Positions 23,036 through 31,243 of a DNA stretch of 50,279 nucleotides are shown piece after piece. How positions within the stretch are numbered: the stretch's first letter is position 1; every line of letters begins with the position of its first letter. The DNA comes from a bacterium (lineage in GTDB: Bacteria > Patescibacteriota > CPR2 > UBA1875 > JAJYID01), in contig JAJYID010000004.1 of assembly GCA_021790235.1 (NCBI GenBank), positions 1 through 50,279 of the forward strand, given 5' to 3'. The notes below the pieces were generated by a model that saw nothing but the letters and a program-made list of their open reading frames with translations, did not search any database and was not told the origin of the DNA. A program made the translations under genes and the position numbers.

Positions 23036-24605
23036 ACTGCTTGAAAAAGTAATTCAAGAATCCATTGATCGAAAAATAGTTTCAGATGAAGATTTTCAAG
23101 CTTTAATTAAAAAAAATTTCAAAGGCAAATCTGAGGCGAAGTTTCCTTCAAATATTAAAATAAGGAAACAATACCGGTCCATGATTAATGAAGGAATAAT
23201 ATCGCCAAGCCCGGAACTGGAAAAAATATTGGTTACGAAGAAGATGCGTTCTCTTTCCGGAGTGGCTGTCATCACAGTTTTAACCAAGCCTTGGTCGTGC
23301 CCCGGCAAATGCCTGTACTGTCCGACTCAAGAAAATGTGCCGAAAAGCTATCTTTCAAGCGAGCCGGCAGTGATGCGGGCCATTTTGTGCAACTACGACC
23401 CTTTTAAGCAAGTGAAGGCTAGGCTGGAATCATTGGAGCTAGAAGGGCATCCGACGGACAAAATAGAGCTGATCGTCATTGGCGGAACATTTTCGGTTTT
23501 GCCGGGAGATTATCAGGAAGAATACATAAAATTATGCCTCGATGCATTGAACGGTACAAAAAGCAGAGATTTAAACGAGGCAAAAGTTCAGAACGAAACA
23601 TCCAGACATCGCCTAGTCGGGCTGACTCTCGAGACGAGACCGGATTATATTACGAAAAAAGAAGTTGAGCGTATGCGGTATCTGGGCGCAACGAGGGTAG
23701 AGCTGGGTGTGCAGTCTATATTTGACGATATTTTAGAAACTAACAAGCGAGGCCACAAAGTTGAGGCAACAATTCGAGCGACAAAACTCCTGAAAGATGC
23801 GGGACTGAAAATCTGCTACCATATGATGCCGAACTTGCCCGGTTCTGATTTGAAAAAAGACTTGAAAATGTTTAAGGTGATATTTTCCGATCCACGATTT
23901 CAGCCTGATTATATAAAAATTTACCCTTGCATGGTGACAAAGGGTTCGGAACTTTATGAACTTTGGAAAGCCGGAAAGTATAGGCCTTACGCCGACGAGG
24001 AGTTGGAAGGTCTGATTTGTGAAATTAAAAAGGTAGTGCCGTACTACGAGCGGATTATGAGGCTGATTCGCGACATTCCGTCCACTGATATTGAAGCCGG
24101 TTCCAAGATTTCCAATTTACGGCAAAATGTACAGAAAAAATTACGATCAGAAGGTACAAACTGTAGATGTATTCGTTGCCGGGAGGCAGGACTGAACATG
24201 TCAAATGTAAAAGGTAAAATGTCAAATGTTAAGCTATTTAAGGAAGAATATAAGGCTTCTGGTGGAGTTGAAATTTTCTTGAGTTATGAAGCTGAGGATA
24301 GAAGTATCCTGTTTGCTCTATTACGCTTAAGATTGTCGGGTGAAACCTATTTATCAGAATTAAAAGAAACGGCTATTATTCGTGAAGTCCATACCTATGG
24401 CCAGCAGATAAAAATTGGTAAAAGGGGTGATACCCAACACAAGGGATTGGGCAAAAAACTTATTTTCAAAGCCGAAAAATTAGCCGGCGATAATGGTTAT
24501 AAAAAGATCGCCGTTATTGCCGGTATTGGTACCCGAGATTATTACCGAAAGTTCGGCTATATGCTACATGGCGAGTATATGGTCAAAGTGTTTGAACTGA
24601 ATTAG
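23028..24605 (+). CDS. elp3: Elp3-type radical-SAM/GNAT tRNA uridine(34) modification enzyme
   Basis: Radical-SAM cluster CPGKCLYC, the Elp3-like core (ETRPDYI, ELGVQS, KIYPC) and a C-terminal GNAT motif HKGLGKKL. Start taken at ATG 23028 (MDRLLEKV), overlapping the upstream stop by 8 nt. The ORF-track start at 22926 lies inside the upstream gene. Confidence 0.85.
   Translation: MDRLLEKVIQESIDRKIVSDEDFQALIKKNFKGKSEAKFPSNIKIRKQYRSMINEGIISPSPELEKILVTKKMRSLSGVAVITVLTKPWSCPGKCLYCPTQENVPKSYLSSEPAVMRAILCNYDPFKQVKARLESLELEGHPTDKIELIVIGGTFSVLPGDYQEEYIKLCLDALNGTKSRDLNEAKVQNETSRHRLVGLTLETRPDYITKKEVERMRYLGATRVELGVQSIFDDILETNKRGHKVEATIRATKLLKDAGLKICYHMMPNLPGSDLKKDLKMFKVIFSDPRFQPDYIKIYPCMVTKGSELYELWKAGKYRPYADEELEGLICEIKKVVPYYERIMRLIRDIPSTDIEAGSKISNLRQNVQKKLRSEGTNCRCIRCREAGLNMSNVKGKMSNVKLFKEEYKASGGVEIFLSYEAEDRSILFALLRLRLSGETYLSELKETAIIREVHTYGQQIKIGKRGDTQHKGLGKKLIFKAEKLAGDNGYKKIAVIAGIGTRDYYRKFGYMLHGEYMVKVFELN
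24198..24233 (+). repeat. in-frame tandem direct repeat ATGTCAAATGT(N10)ATGTCAAATGT inside elp3
   Basis: Encodes MSNVKGKMSNVK between the radical-SAM and GNAT parts. Confidence 0.7.
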
Positions 24606-24691
24606 ATAATTTGATATAATGGATTTGGAGGGGTTTCTTCTTTGAACCTTTTTATTTTTTTGAACCTTGGATATTTGGGAGGTGTTTTCCT

Positions 24692-25033
24692 ATGGGTTGT
24701 CTTGATAACATAAACAACCTGGATTTGACAAAAAAATCAGATTTGCAGACTTGCCCTATGCTCTGGTGTGACTCGAAGCTTGTTTATCTGGTGGAACGCT
24801 ATCAGATCAATGACATGGAGTGGAAGGTGACGCTACTGTGCCCCGATTGTTGGACAAAGAGAGAACTAACGGTTGATCGTGAATCGGTACGTCAACTTCT
24901 CAAAAATAATCGTCTAGGTCGGGAGAAGCTTATGAAACAGCTGGACGAAATGCAGAAAAAGAATATGACAGATGAGACAGATAAGTTTATTACTGCTCTA
25001 GAGAATGATCATATCCTACCTATCGATTTTTAG
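24692..25033 (+). CDS. small zinc-ribbon protein (113 aa)
   Basis: CPMLWCDSK...(24 aa)...CPDC followed by a charged helical tail. GGGAGGTG SD. Terminator downstream. Confidence 0.6.
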   Translation: MGCLDNINNLDLTKKSDLQTCPMLWCDSKLVYLVERYQINDMEWKVTLLCPDCWTKRELTVDRESVRQLLKNNRLGREKLMKQLDEMQKKNMTDETDKFITALENDHILPIDF

Positions 25034-25076
25034 CGTTTTAGCACACCCAAACCCCGGAGGCAATCTGAAAATTCAC

Positions 25077-25105
25077 AGAGAGCCCTTCGGGGCTTTCTTT
25101 TTTCT
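25077..25105 (+). terminator. rho-independent terminator
   Basis: AGAGAGCCC-ttcg-GGGCTTTCT followed by a T-run. Confidence 0.75.
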
Positions 25106-25271
25106 TGACACAAGGAGTACAATATAAGTAATCGAAAGAGGGTGTGTAGAGATAGATTGTTTTAACCCTTCGAAGAACCTGCAAAGTCTTCTATTTCTGC
25201 TAAATTCTAAGTTTTAAAAACCCACAACCGCCTTAATGGTGCAGTAACGTAACATTTTAAGGAGGTTTACC

Positions 25272-25613
25272 ATGAGACGAGTGGCGGAACATCTGGAAGA
25301 TCTGAAAGGTATTGATATGTGTCCCATATGTGGATCGAAAGCCATCAGAATGACCGGCAGCCGTAGGAATGATCAGGATCCAGTCTGGATGATCTTCTTC
25401 TTTTGTCATAACTGCGAAGATCCTTACCCGCGCGGTCCGGTAATTTCAGAACTGAAGGCGGAAATTGCAAGGAAACATCTGAGTGAGGAAGGATGTGTCT
25501 CAGATCGGGCATTAAAAGAGATGATGGCAGATAAGGAAGAGCTTACAAAATCTCGTGAGAAAGAGGAGATATTGACACTTGGGATGATGTTTCAAGAATT
25601 AACCCGGAGGTGA
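25272..25613 (+). CDS. small zinc-ribbon protein (113 aa), distant paralogue of 24692..25033
   Basis: CPICGSK...(23 aa)...CHNC followed by a charged helical tail. AAGGAGGT SD. 11-bp hairpin at 25624-25648. Confidence 0.6.
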   Translation: MRRVAEHLEDLKGIDMCPICGSKAIRMTGSRRNDQDPVWMIFFFCHNCEDPYPRGPVISELKAEIARKHLSEEGCVSDRALKEMMADKEELTKSREKEEILTLGMMFQELTRR

Positions 25614-25750
25614 TCCGATATCTAGAGGAGACCCTGCGGGTCTTCTCTATTATAAAAACAAAAAACTTCTTGCCAAATATTTTTTAGCGGAGTAAAATAT
25701 TTTCGAAATAAAAGAGACGGATGTTTTAAATATAATTTGCGGGGGTACTC

Positions 25751-27427
25751 TTGCTTAAGAAAAAGCAAACAAAGTTTATTTTTGTAACGGGCGGAGTCTT
25801 GTCAGGAATCGGCAAGGGAATATTTGCAGCCTCGGTTGGTAACATTTTAAAGAACCGAGGTTTTTCTGTTAATATTCAGAAACTTGATCCTTACTTAAAT
25901 ATTGACGCAGGCACCCTTAATCCGGGAGAACATGGAGAAGTTTTTGTGACCGATGATGGAGCGGAAACAGATCTCGATCTTGGACATTATGAAAGATTTA
26001 TTAATACAAATCTAACTCGCAAAAGCTCGATTATGAGCGGACAGATCTTCCAAGCAGTTTTTGAAGATGAAAGAAAAGGCAAATATCTCGGGAAAACAGT
26101 CCAGGTTATTCCTCATCTTACCCAGAAGATCCAGGAAATAGTTCTGGATGCCGCAAAAGGGTTTGATATTCATATAGCTGAGATTGGTGGAACAATAGGT
26201 GATTTGGAAGCTGTACATTTCATAGAAGCCATTCGCCAATTCAAAAGAAGAGTCGAGTCAGAAAATGTAATGTATGCTCATCTGGTTTATCTGCCATATT
26301 TAGACGCATCAAAAGAGATTAAAACTAAACCAGCACAAGGCAGTGTCAGAGATTTACTTGGACTTGGTATTCATCCGGATATTATCGGTGCAAGACATGA
26401 CAAACCAATTGAAAAAAACCATTTAAGAAAAATCGCTTTGTCAGCCGATGTTGGACAAGAAGCTGTGGTACCGCTGCCATATGTTAAAAAGGTTTATGAC
26501 GTGCCGGCTAATCTGGAAAAAGTGGGGCTTGCTGATTATATTTGTAAAAAACTAGAGCTAAAAAGCACAAAACCCAAAAAGAACGGTTGGGAGAAGTTCA
26601 TGGAAAATGCCGCCGAAGCAAAAGGTGTTATAAAAGTTGGCCTTGTGGCGAAGTATCTGGCTAATGAGGATACATATAAAAGTGTCAACGAGGCTTTAAA
26701 ATCTGCTTTTTGGGCTCAAAAGAAAAATGTGAAAATTGTTTGGATTGACAGTGAGGAACTAGAAAGAAAAGGGGTGAAACTACTGAAAGATTTAGAGGGG
26801 ATAGTGATCCCGGGGGGGTTTGGAAACCGCGGTACGGAGGGCAAAATAATGGCGGCAGAGTATGCTCGCGAAAATAATATTCCATATCTCGGGCTTTGTC
26901 TAGGAATGCAGATAGCAGTTATAGAGTTTGCGCGTAATATTCTGGCTTGGCCAAGCGCAACGAGCGGTGAGTTCGACCCCAACAGTAAAAAACAAGTAAT
27001 ACATATTATGCCTGAGCAAAGGAAAAATATGGACGAAGCAAATTACGGGGCAACTATGCGGCTCGGTGCATACCCATGTGTCCTAGACAAAGTATCAAAG
27101 TCCTATAAACTTTACGGAAAAGACAAAATATCAGAAAGGCACAGGCACAGATATGAGTTTAATAATGATCATCGGGAAGAGTTTACGAATGCCGGTATGC
27201 TGCTTGCCGGGCTATCGCCTGATCATCACTTAGTTGAGATTATTGAGATACCAGCCCATAAATTCTTTGTAGCCTCACAATTCCATCCGGAGTTTAAGTC
27301 ACGCCCTGACATTCCGCATCCATTATTTCTAGGATTTGCTGAAGCTTGTCTCGGTAAAGATACAAAAAATAGAAAAATAGATCTTTTAAAGATAGCGGCC
27401 AAAGGAAAAGAAAGGGTTGGAGTCTAG
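25751..27427 (+). CDS. pyrG: CTP synthase
   Basis: FVTGGVLSGIGKG at the N-terminus and the glutamine amidotransferase motif GLCLGMQ...HRHRYEFN. TTG start. Confidence 0.9.
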   Translation: MLKKKQTKFIFVTGGVLSGIGKGIFAASVGNILKNRGFSVNIQKLDPYLNIDAGTLNPGEHGEVFVTDDGAETDLDLGHYERFINTNLTRKSSIMSGQIFQAVFEDERKGKYLGKTVQVIPHLTQKIQEIVLDAAKGFDIHIAEIGGTIGDLEAVHFIEAIRQFKRRVESENVMYAHLVYLPYLDASKEIKTKPAQGSVRDLLGLGIHPDIIGARHDKPIEKNHLRKIALSADVGQEAVVPLPYVKKVYDVPANLEKVGLADYICKKLELKSTKPKKNGWEKFMENAAEAKGVIKVGLVAKYLANEDTYKSVNEALKSAFWAQKKNVKIVWIDSEELERKGVKLLKDLEGIVIPGGFGNRGTEGKIMAAEYARENNIPYLGLCLGMQIAVIEFARNILAWPSATSGEFDPNSKKQVIHIMPEQRKNMDEANYGATMRLGAYPCVLDKVSKSYKLYGKDKISERHRHRYEFNNDHREEFTNAGMLLAGLSPDHHLVEIIEIPAHKFFVASQFHPEFKSRPDIPHPLFLGFAEACLGKDTKNRKIDLLKIAAKGKERVGV

Positions 27428-27455
27428 TTTGGAATAATTAAAAAAGGAATAAGAA

Positions 27456-27778
27456 ATGAAAAACGTTTCATTGCATACGCTATCTAATGGCTTAAGGGTA
27501 GTTATTTTTGACTATCCCCACATGGTATCAACCGAAATGAATGTGATGTTTAGGGGTGGCCCTGTATATGAGTCCCCAGAAAATAATGGAATTTCTCATT
27601 TTTTAATTATTCCAAACTAGTTAATCCAGAAGAAGATAGAAAAGATATTTTTAAAGTTAGTGTAAGTGACGTCGTATCTGTCATAGAAAAGTTTTTGAAT
27701 GTGGAAGATATGAGCTTTGTTTTGGCAGGCAATATTGATGACAAAATGAAAAAAACTCTTGAGGACGAAACTAGGTAA
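27456..27778 (+). pseudogene. M16 (pitrilysin-family) peptidase remnant with a large internal deletion
   Basis: The 54-codon ORF MKNVSLHTLSNGLRVV...ENNGISHFL stops inside the HxxEH zinc motif (27618-27620). Downstream, 27621-27778 reads like the extreme C-terminus (...MSFVLAGNIDDK...) in another frame. Confidence 0.6.
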
Positions 27779-27803
27779 TATTCCAATCTGATATAATATC
27801 TTT

Positions 27804-28283
27804 ATGCGTGATAATACATGGCTTTTTCAAAAACTAGATGAGATTTGGGATGAGAATTTTCCGGATATCCCACAGCACAATGATGTCATTATTAAGTTTG
27901 GCCGGAAAGCGCGTCAAAGATTAGGATCCATCAAGCAGGAGGCAAAAACTGCTCGCGATCTACTCAATAAAAATCGCAAAACTATCATTACGATAAATGG
28001 GCTGTTTAGAGATTTGGTCGTTCCGGAATACGTGATTACGGCCACAATCGCTCATGAGATGTGCCATTACGCGCATGGGTTTAGCTCGCCACTTGATCAA
28101 AAATTCTCAAATCCTCATCAGGGAGGGGTTGTAACAAAGGAAATGAAAGCGAGAGGATTTACCAAAGAACTGCAATTACAAAAAAAATGGCTAAAAGACG
28201 TTTGGCCTAAGTATTTGGAAGAAAAAATGCCATATAAACCGAGACAAAGGCGCAGAAGGAAAATGGTTATAAAGTGGATTTAG
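27804..28283 (+). CDS. SprT-like/DUF45-like zinc metallopeptidase
   Basis: HExxH motif in TIAHEMCHYAHG. Small size with a basic C-terminus. Confidence 0.55.
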   Translation: MRDNTWLFQKLDEIWDENFPDIPQHNDVIIKFGRKARQRLGSIKQEAKTARDLLNKNRKTIITINGLFRDLVVPEYVITATIAHEMCHYAHGFSSPLDQKFSNPHQGGVVTKEMKARGFTKELQLQKKWLKDVWPKYLEEKMPYKPRQRRRRKMVIKWI

Positions 28284-28331
28284 ATAGGCTAAAAACATAA
28301 AAATAGAAGAACTGAAAAACAAACTTGTCTT

Positions 28332-28374
28332 GTCATTCCGAGCGGCTTCGCGGAGCGACAAGTCGAGGAATCTC
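28332..28374 (+). repeat. GTCAT-family long repeat
   Basis: GTCATTCCGAGCGGCTTCGCGGAGCGACAAGTCGAGGAATCTC. Confidence 0.7.
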
Positions 28375-28393
28375 TTTCTAAAGTTTAAAATAA

Positions 28394-28438
28394 GGGATTT
28401 CTCCGTTAGCTACGAACGCATGAGTCAGTCGAAATGAC
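28394..28438 (-). repeat. GTCAT-family long repeat, inverted partner
   Basis: Reverse complement reads GTCATTTCGACTGACTCATGCGTTCGTAGCTAACGGAGAAATCCC. Confidence 0.65.
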
Positions 28439-28453
28439 AAAAAGAGAAGGGAT

Positions 28454-29053
28454 ATGGATAGATTAAAAATCAAAAGAATTATTAATGGAGCTGAGGAGGC
28501 AAATTGCTACTTACTTGTTTTGGGTAATGATCTAGCTGTTGTGGATCCCGGCGACAGGGTGGAAAGAATTATTTCCGCAATTGAGGAGTTTGGTACTTTA
28601 AATTATCGCTACATTTTCCTGACCCATGGGCATTTTGACCATGTAGGTGCGGTCAAGAAATTAGTTGAGAAGTATGGCTTCAGGGTTGCAATTAGCGATC
28701 GTGACAAAGACATTAAGTATCTTAACGAAAAATTCGGACTAAAGTTGCCTGGAATGCAATTTGATATTTTCGTGCATGACGGAGATATACTCAACTTTGG
28801 CGGAGGAAAGGTTAAAATTTTGGCAACTCCGGGGCACACCAGCGGCAGTGTCTGCTATCTGATAGGTGATAATCTTTTCTCCGGTGATACACTTTTTCCT
28901 CATCGGCACGGCCGGACAGATTTTGCGACCGGCAATCCGGAAGAGATGAGCGAGAGCTTGGCGAAGTTGTTTAAGCTGCCGGACGAAACAAAGGTATTCC
29001 CGGGACACTACGAGGAAACGACTATCGGCGAAGCCAGAAAATATTTCAAATGA
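28454..29053 (+). CDS. MBL-fold metallo-hydrolase (glyoxalase II-like)
   Basis: THGHFDHVGA (HxHxDH), then GHTSGS and the later His/Asp positions. Confidence 0.85.
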   Translation: MDRLKIKRIINGAEEANCYLLVLGNDLAVVDPGDRVERIISAIEEFGTLNYRYIFLTHGHFDHVGAVKKLVEKYGFRVAISDRDKDIKYLNEKFGLKLPGMQFDIFVHDGDILNFGGGKVKILATPGHTSGSVCYLIGDNLFSGDTLFPHRHGRTDFATGNPEEMSESLAKLFKLPDETKVFPGHYEETTIGEARKYFK

Positions 29054-29328
29054 GGTGGCATATGCCAGTAAAGGGCAAAAAGATTAAAATTTTCAAAATA
29101 TCAATTCACTGCAAGGTTTGTAATCAGCTTTTATATGTATATCAGAAAGAAGGCCCGGGTTTGCTTGTAAAGTGCTACGCTGATAGGATTATAGAAGACC
29201 ATACGAATGGCGACTTGAAATGTCCATCTTGCGGACAGCTTTTTGCTCGTCATGCTATTATGCACTGCCGCCCAGTACACAAAATTATACAGGGGAAGGT
29301 TTATATAAAGGGGCATGTTAAGAAATAA
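29050..29328 (+). CDS. small zinc-ribbon protein (92 aa)
   Basis: CKVC...(37 aa)...CPSC. ATGA overlap with the MBL gene stop. An alternative start is at 29062. Confidence 0.5.
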   Translation: MRWHMPVKGKKIKIFKISIHCKVCNQLLYVYQKEGPGLLVKCYADRIIEDHTNGDLKCPSCGQLFARHAIMHCRPVHKIIQGKVYIKGHVKK

Positions 29329-29427
29329 TGAAAAAATGTTAATTTTGAGGTATAATCCGTTAGGTAATTAGGTTTTATTGAAAATTTCGAATATTCGGAT
29401 TTGGGAATTAAAAAATCAAAGTTTTTT

Positions 29428-29504
29428 CGGGGTGTGGCGCAGTTGGCTAGCGCGCAGCGTTCGGGACGCTGAGGTCGGAAGTTCGAGTCTTCTCACCCCG
29501 ACCA
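29428..29504 (+). tRNA. tRNA-Pro (anticodon CGG), CCA encoded
   Basis: Manual cloverleaf: acceptor CGGGGTG/CACCCCG (C1:G72), D-arm GCGC-AGTTGGCTA-GCGC, anticodon arm CAGCG-TTCGGGA-CGCTG, T-arm GGAAG-TTCGAGT-CTTCT, A73, CCA. Confidence 0.9.
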
Positions 29505-29579
29505 TTCTTCACTAAAGCTATGAATGGCAGGCCAGTTTGTCTACTTGTTTACGTTTCTTAATTACTTTATCATAAAATC

Positions 29580-30611
29580 ATGGATCAGAATGTTGTTTTA
29601 ATTTTAGCAGGGCTTATCGTTGTCGGATTTGTGACGGTGGTTATTTTCATTAACAAAAAACTGGAAGCTTTGAAGGGTAAAGAAGACAATTCATCGCTTC
29701 TCATGCTAAATCAAAATCTGCAAGGGATGCAGGAGCGGCTTGATAAAACCACCGAGGCCATACAAGATCAGTTCAAGTCCAGCGCCGGCATCATCCGCGA
29801 TGTGACCGAAAAACTCACCAAACTTGAGGACACAAACAAACAAATCGTGGGTATCACCGATCAGCTTCAAGGTCTCGAAAATGTCTTGAAAAATCCGAAA
29901 CAGCGCGGCATCCTCGGCGAGTATTATCTGGAAACTTTACTTAAAAACCTATTCCAGCCGAATCAGTACCAGATGCAATACTCTTTCAAAGATGGGGATA
30001 TTGTTGACGCGGTCATTAAAATCAAAGACAAGGTTATTCCCATCGACTCCAAATTCTCGCTGGAAAACTACAACAAAATATTGAAGGAGAAAGACGAGAC
30101 CAAAAGAGCGCAGCTGGAAAAGCTGTTTAAGCAGGATTTGAAAAATCGGATTGATGAGACTTCCAAATACATTAAACCAAAGGAAGGGACTTTTGACTTT
30201 GCCTTTATGTTTATTCCCTCCGAGGGCATCTACTACGATTTACTTGTCAACCAGGTCGGGGCGCTGAAAGTGAACACCCGAGATTTGATCGAGTATGCAT
30301 TCAAAGAGAAAAAGGTGATAATTGTTTCACCGACTTCATTTGCCGCTTATCTGCAAACCGTCCTTCAGGGTCTTCGGGCGTTGACCATTGAAGAATCGAT
30401 TAAGGATATTGTTGGCAACATCCATAAACTCGGCAATCACCTGAGCTCTTATGAAACCTACATGCAGAAAATGGGTACAAATCTGGGGACAACTGTGGGT
30501 ATGTACAACAAAGCGTATAAAGAATTCGGCAAAATCGACAAGGATGTTACTAAAATTACCGGCAAATCTATAGATTCGGAAGTGCTAGAAATAGATAAAC
30601 CGAGAGAATAG
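29580..30611 (+). CDS. rmuC: DNA recombination protein RmuC
   Basis: N-terminal TM helix, a long coiled coil, then the RmuC nuclease-like core (FAFMFIPSEGIYYDL, IVSPTSFAAYL). Confidence 0.85.
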   Translation: MDQNVVLILAGLIVVGFVTVVIFINKKLEALKGKEDNSSLLMLNQNLQGMQERLDKTTEAIQDQFKSSAGIIRDVTEKLTKLEDTNKQIVGITDQLQGLENVLKNPKQRGILGEYYLETLLKNLFQPNQYQMQYSFKDGDIVDAVIKIKDKVIPIDSKFSLENYNKILKEKDETKRAQLEKLFKQDLKNRIDETSKYIKPKEGTFDFAFMFIPSEGIYYDLLVNQVGALKVNTRDLIEYAFKEKKVIIVSPTSFAAYLQTVLQGLRALTIEESIKDIVGNIHKLGNHLSSYETYMQKMGTNLGTTVGMYNKAYKEFGKIDKDVTKITGKSIDSEVLEIDKPRE

Positions 30612-30627
30612 CCTGCTACCTTGCATT

Positions 30628-30671
30628 GTCAACCCGACCGACGCTACGTTAGTGGTGAGTGGAGGAATCCC
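30628..30671 (+). repeat. GTCAT-family variant repeat
   Basis: GTCAACCCGACCGACGCTACGTTAGTGGTGAGTGGAGGAATCCC. The 3' terminus GGAGGAATCCC matches the family and the 5' end is diverged. Confidence 0.5.
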
Positions 30672-30709
30672 TTAGTTCGATAATTTAAAATAAAAAATAA
30701 TGAGGAAAA

Positions 30710-30847
30710 ATGGCAAAATGCAGCGAATGCTCGTTTTATCAGGAAATTGACGATACCAAAGGTGATTGTTTCGGTCATGAGGTACAGGCAGATCGCGACA
30801 CATCTGAGTGTCCGACAAATGCCTTTAAACCAAAGGAAGGTGAGTAA
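30710..30847 (+). CDS. 45-aa Cys-rich small protein (MAKCSECSFYQ...CFGH...ECP...)
   Basis: GAGGA SD directly upstream. Four Cys residues in a CxxC...C...C pattern. Below the ORF-track cut-off. Confidence 0.45.
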   Translation: MAKCSECSFYQEIDDTKGDCFGHEVQADRDTSECPTNAFKPKEGE

Positions 30848-31243
30848 TTTAAGTTGCTAAGGGTTGTCTCCCTTATGACTTGTAGCAAAAAGAGTAGCGT
30901 AATTTTGGTTTCTGATACCGGTCTCTGACTACTTTTTGCTTTATAGTAAAAAAAGTAATAAAATTTTCATACTATTTCTAATAGTAATTAGTGTTCTTTT
31001 AGGCAATCTAAGGTATGATTATGGCCTCTGATCAGGATGAAAAAACAGAATGATAAATAACCAACCAAGTGATAATAGGTCTGGCTATCAAAAGTTACAC
31101 GCTAATTCGGCTTACTCTGGAGGAAATGGCAGATGTAAGTCGGGTATATTTTGCTCTTGCAATGGGCAGTTTTTGCAATTTCACTTTGGGCGGATCACTG
31201 AGGTACGAATACTGAATCCTAATCTGACAAAGGGGATGTCAAA

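Noticed and set aside
24198-24233. Possible CRISPR-like or other spaced direct repeats.
   Set aside because: There are only two 11-nt copies, they lie in frame inside elp3, and no leader or cas genes are present. No CRISPR array was seen anywhere in the window.
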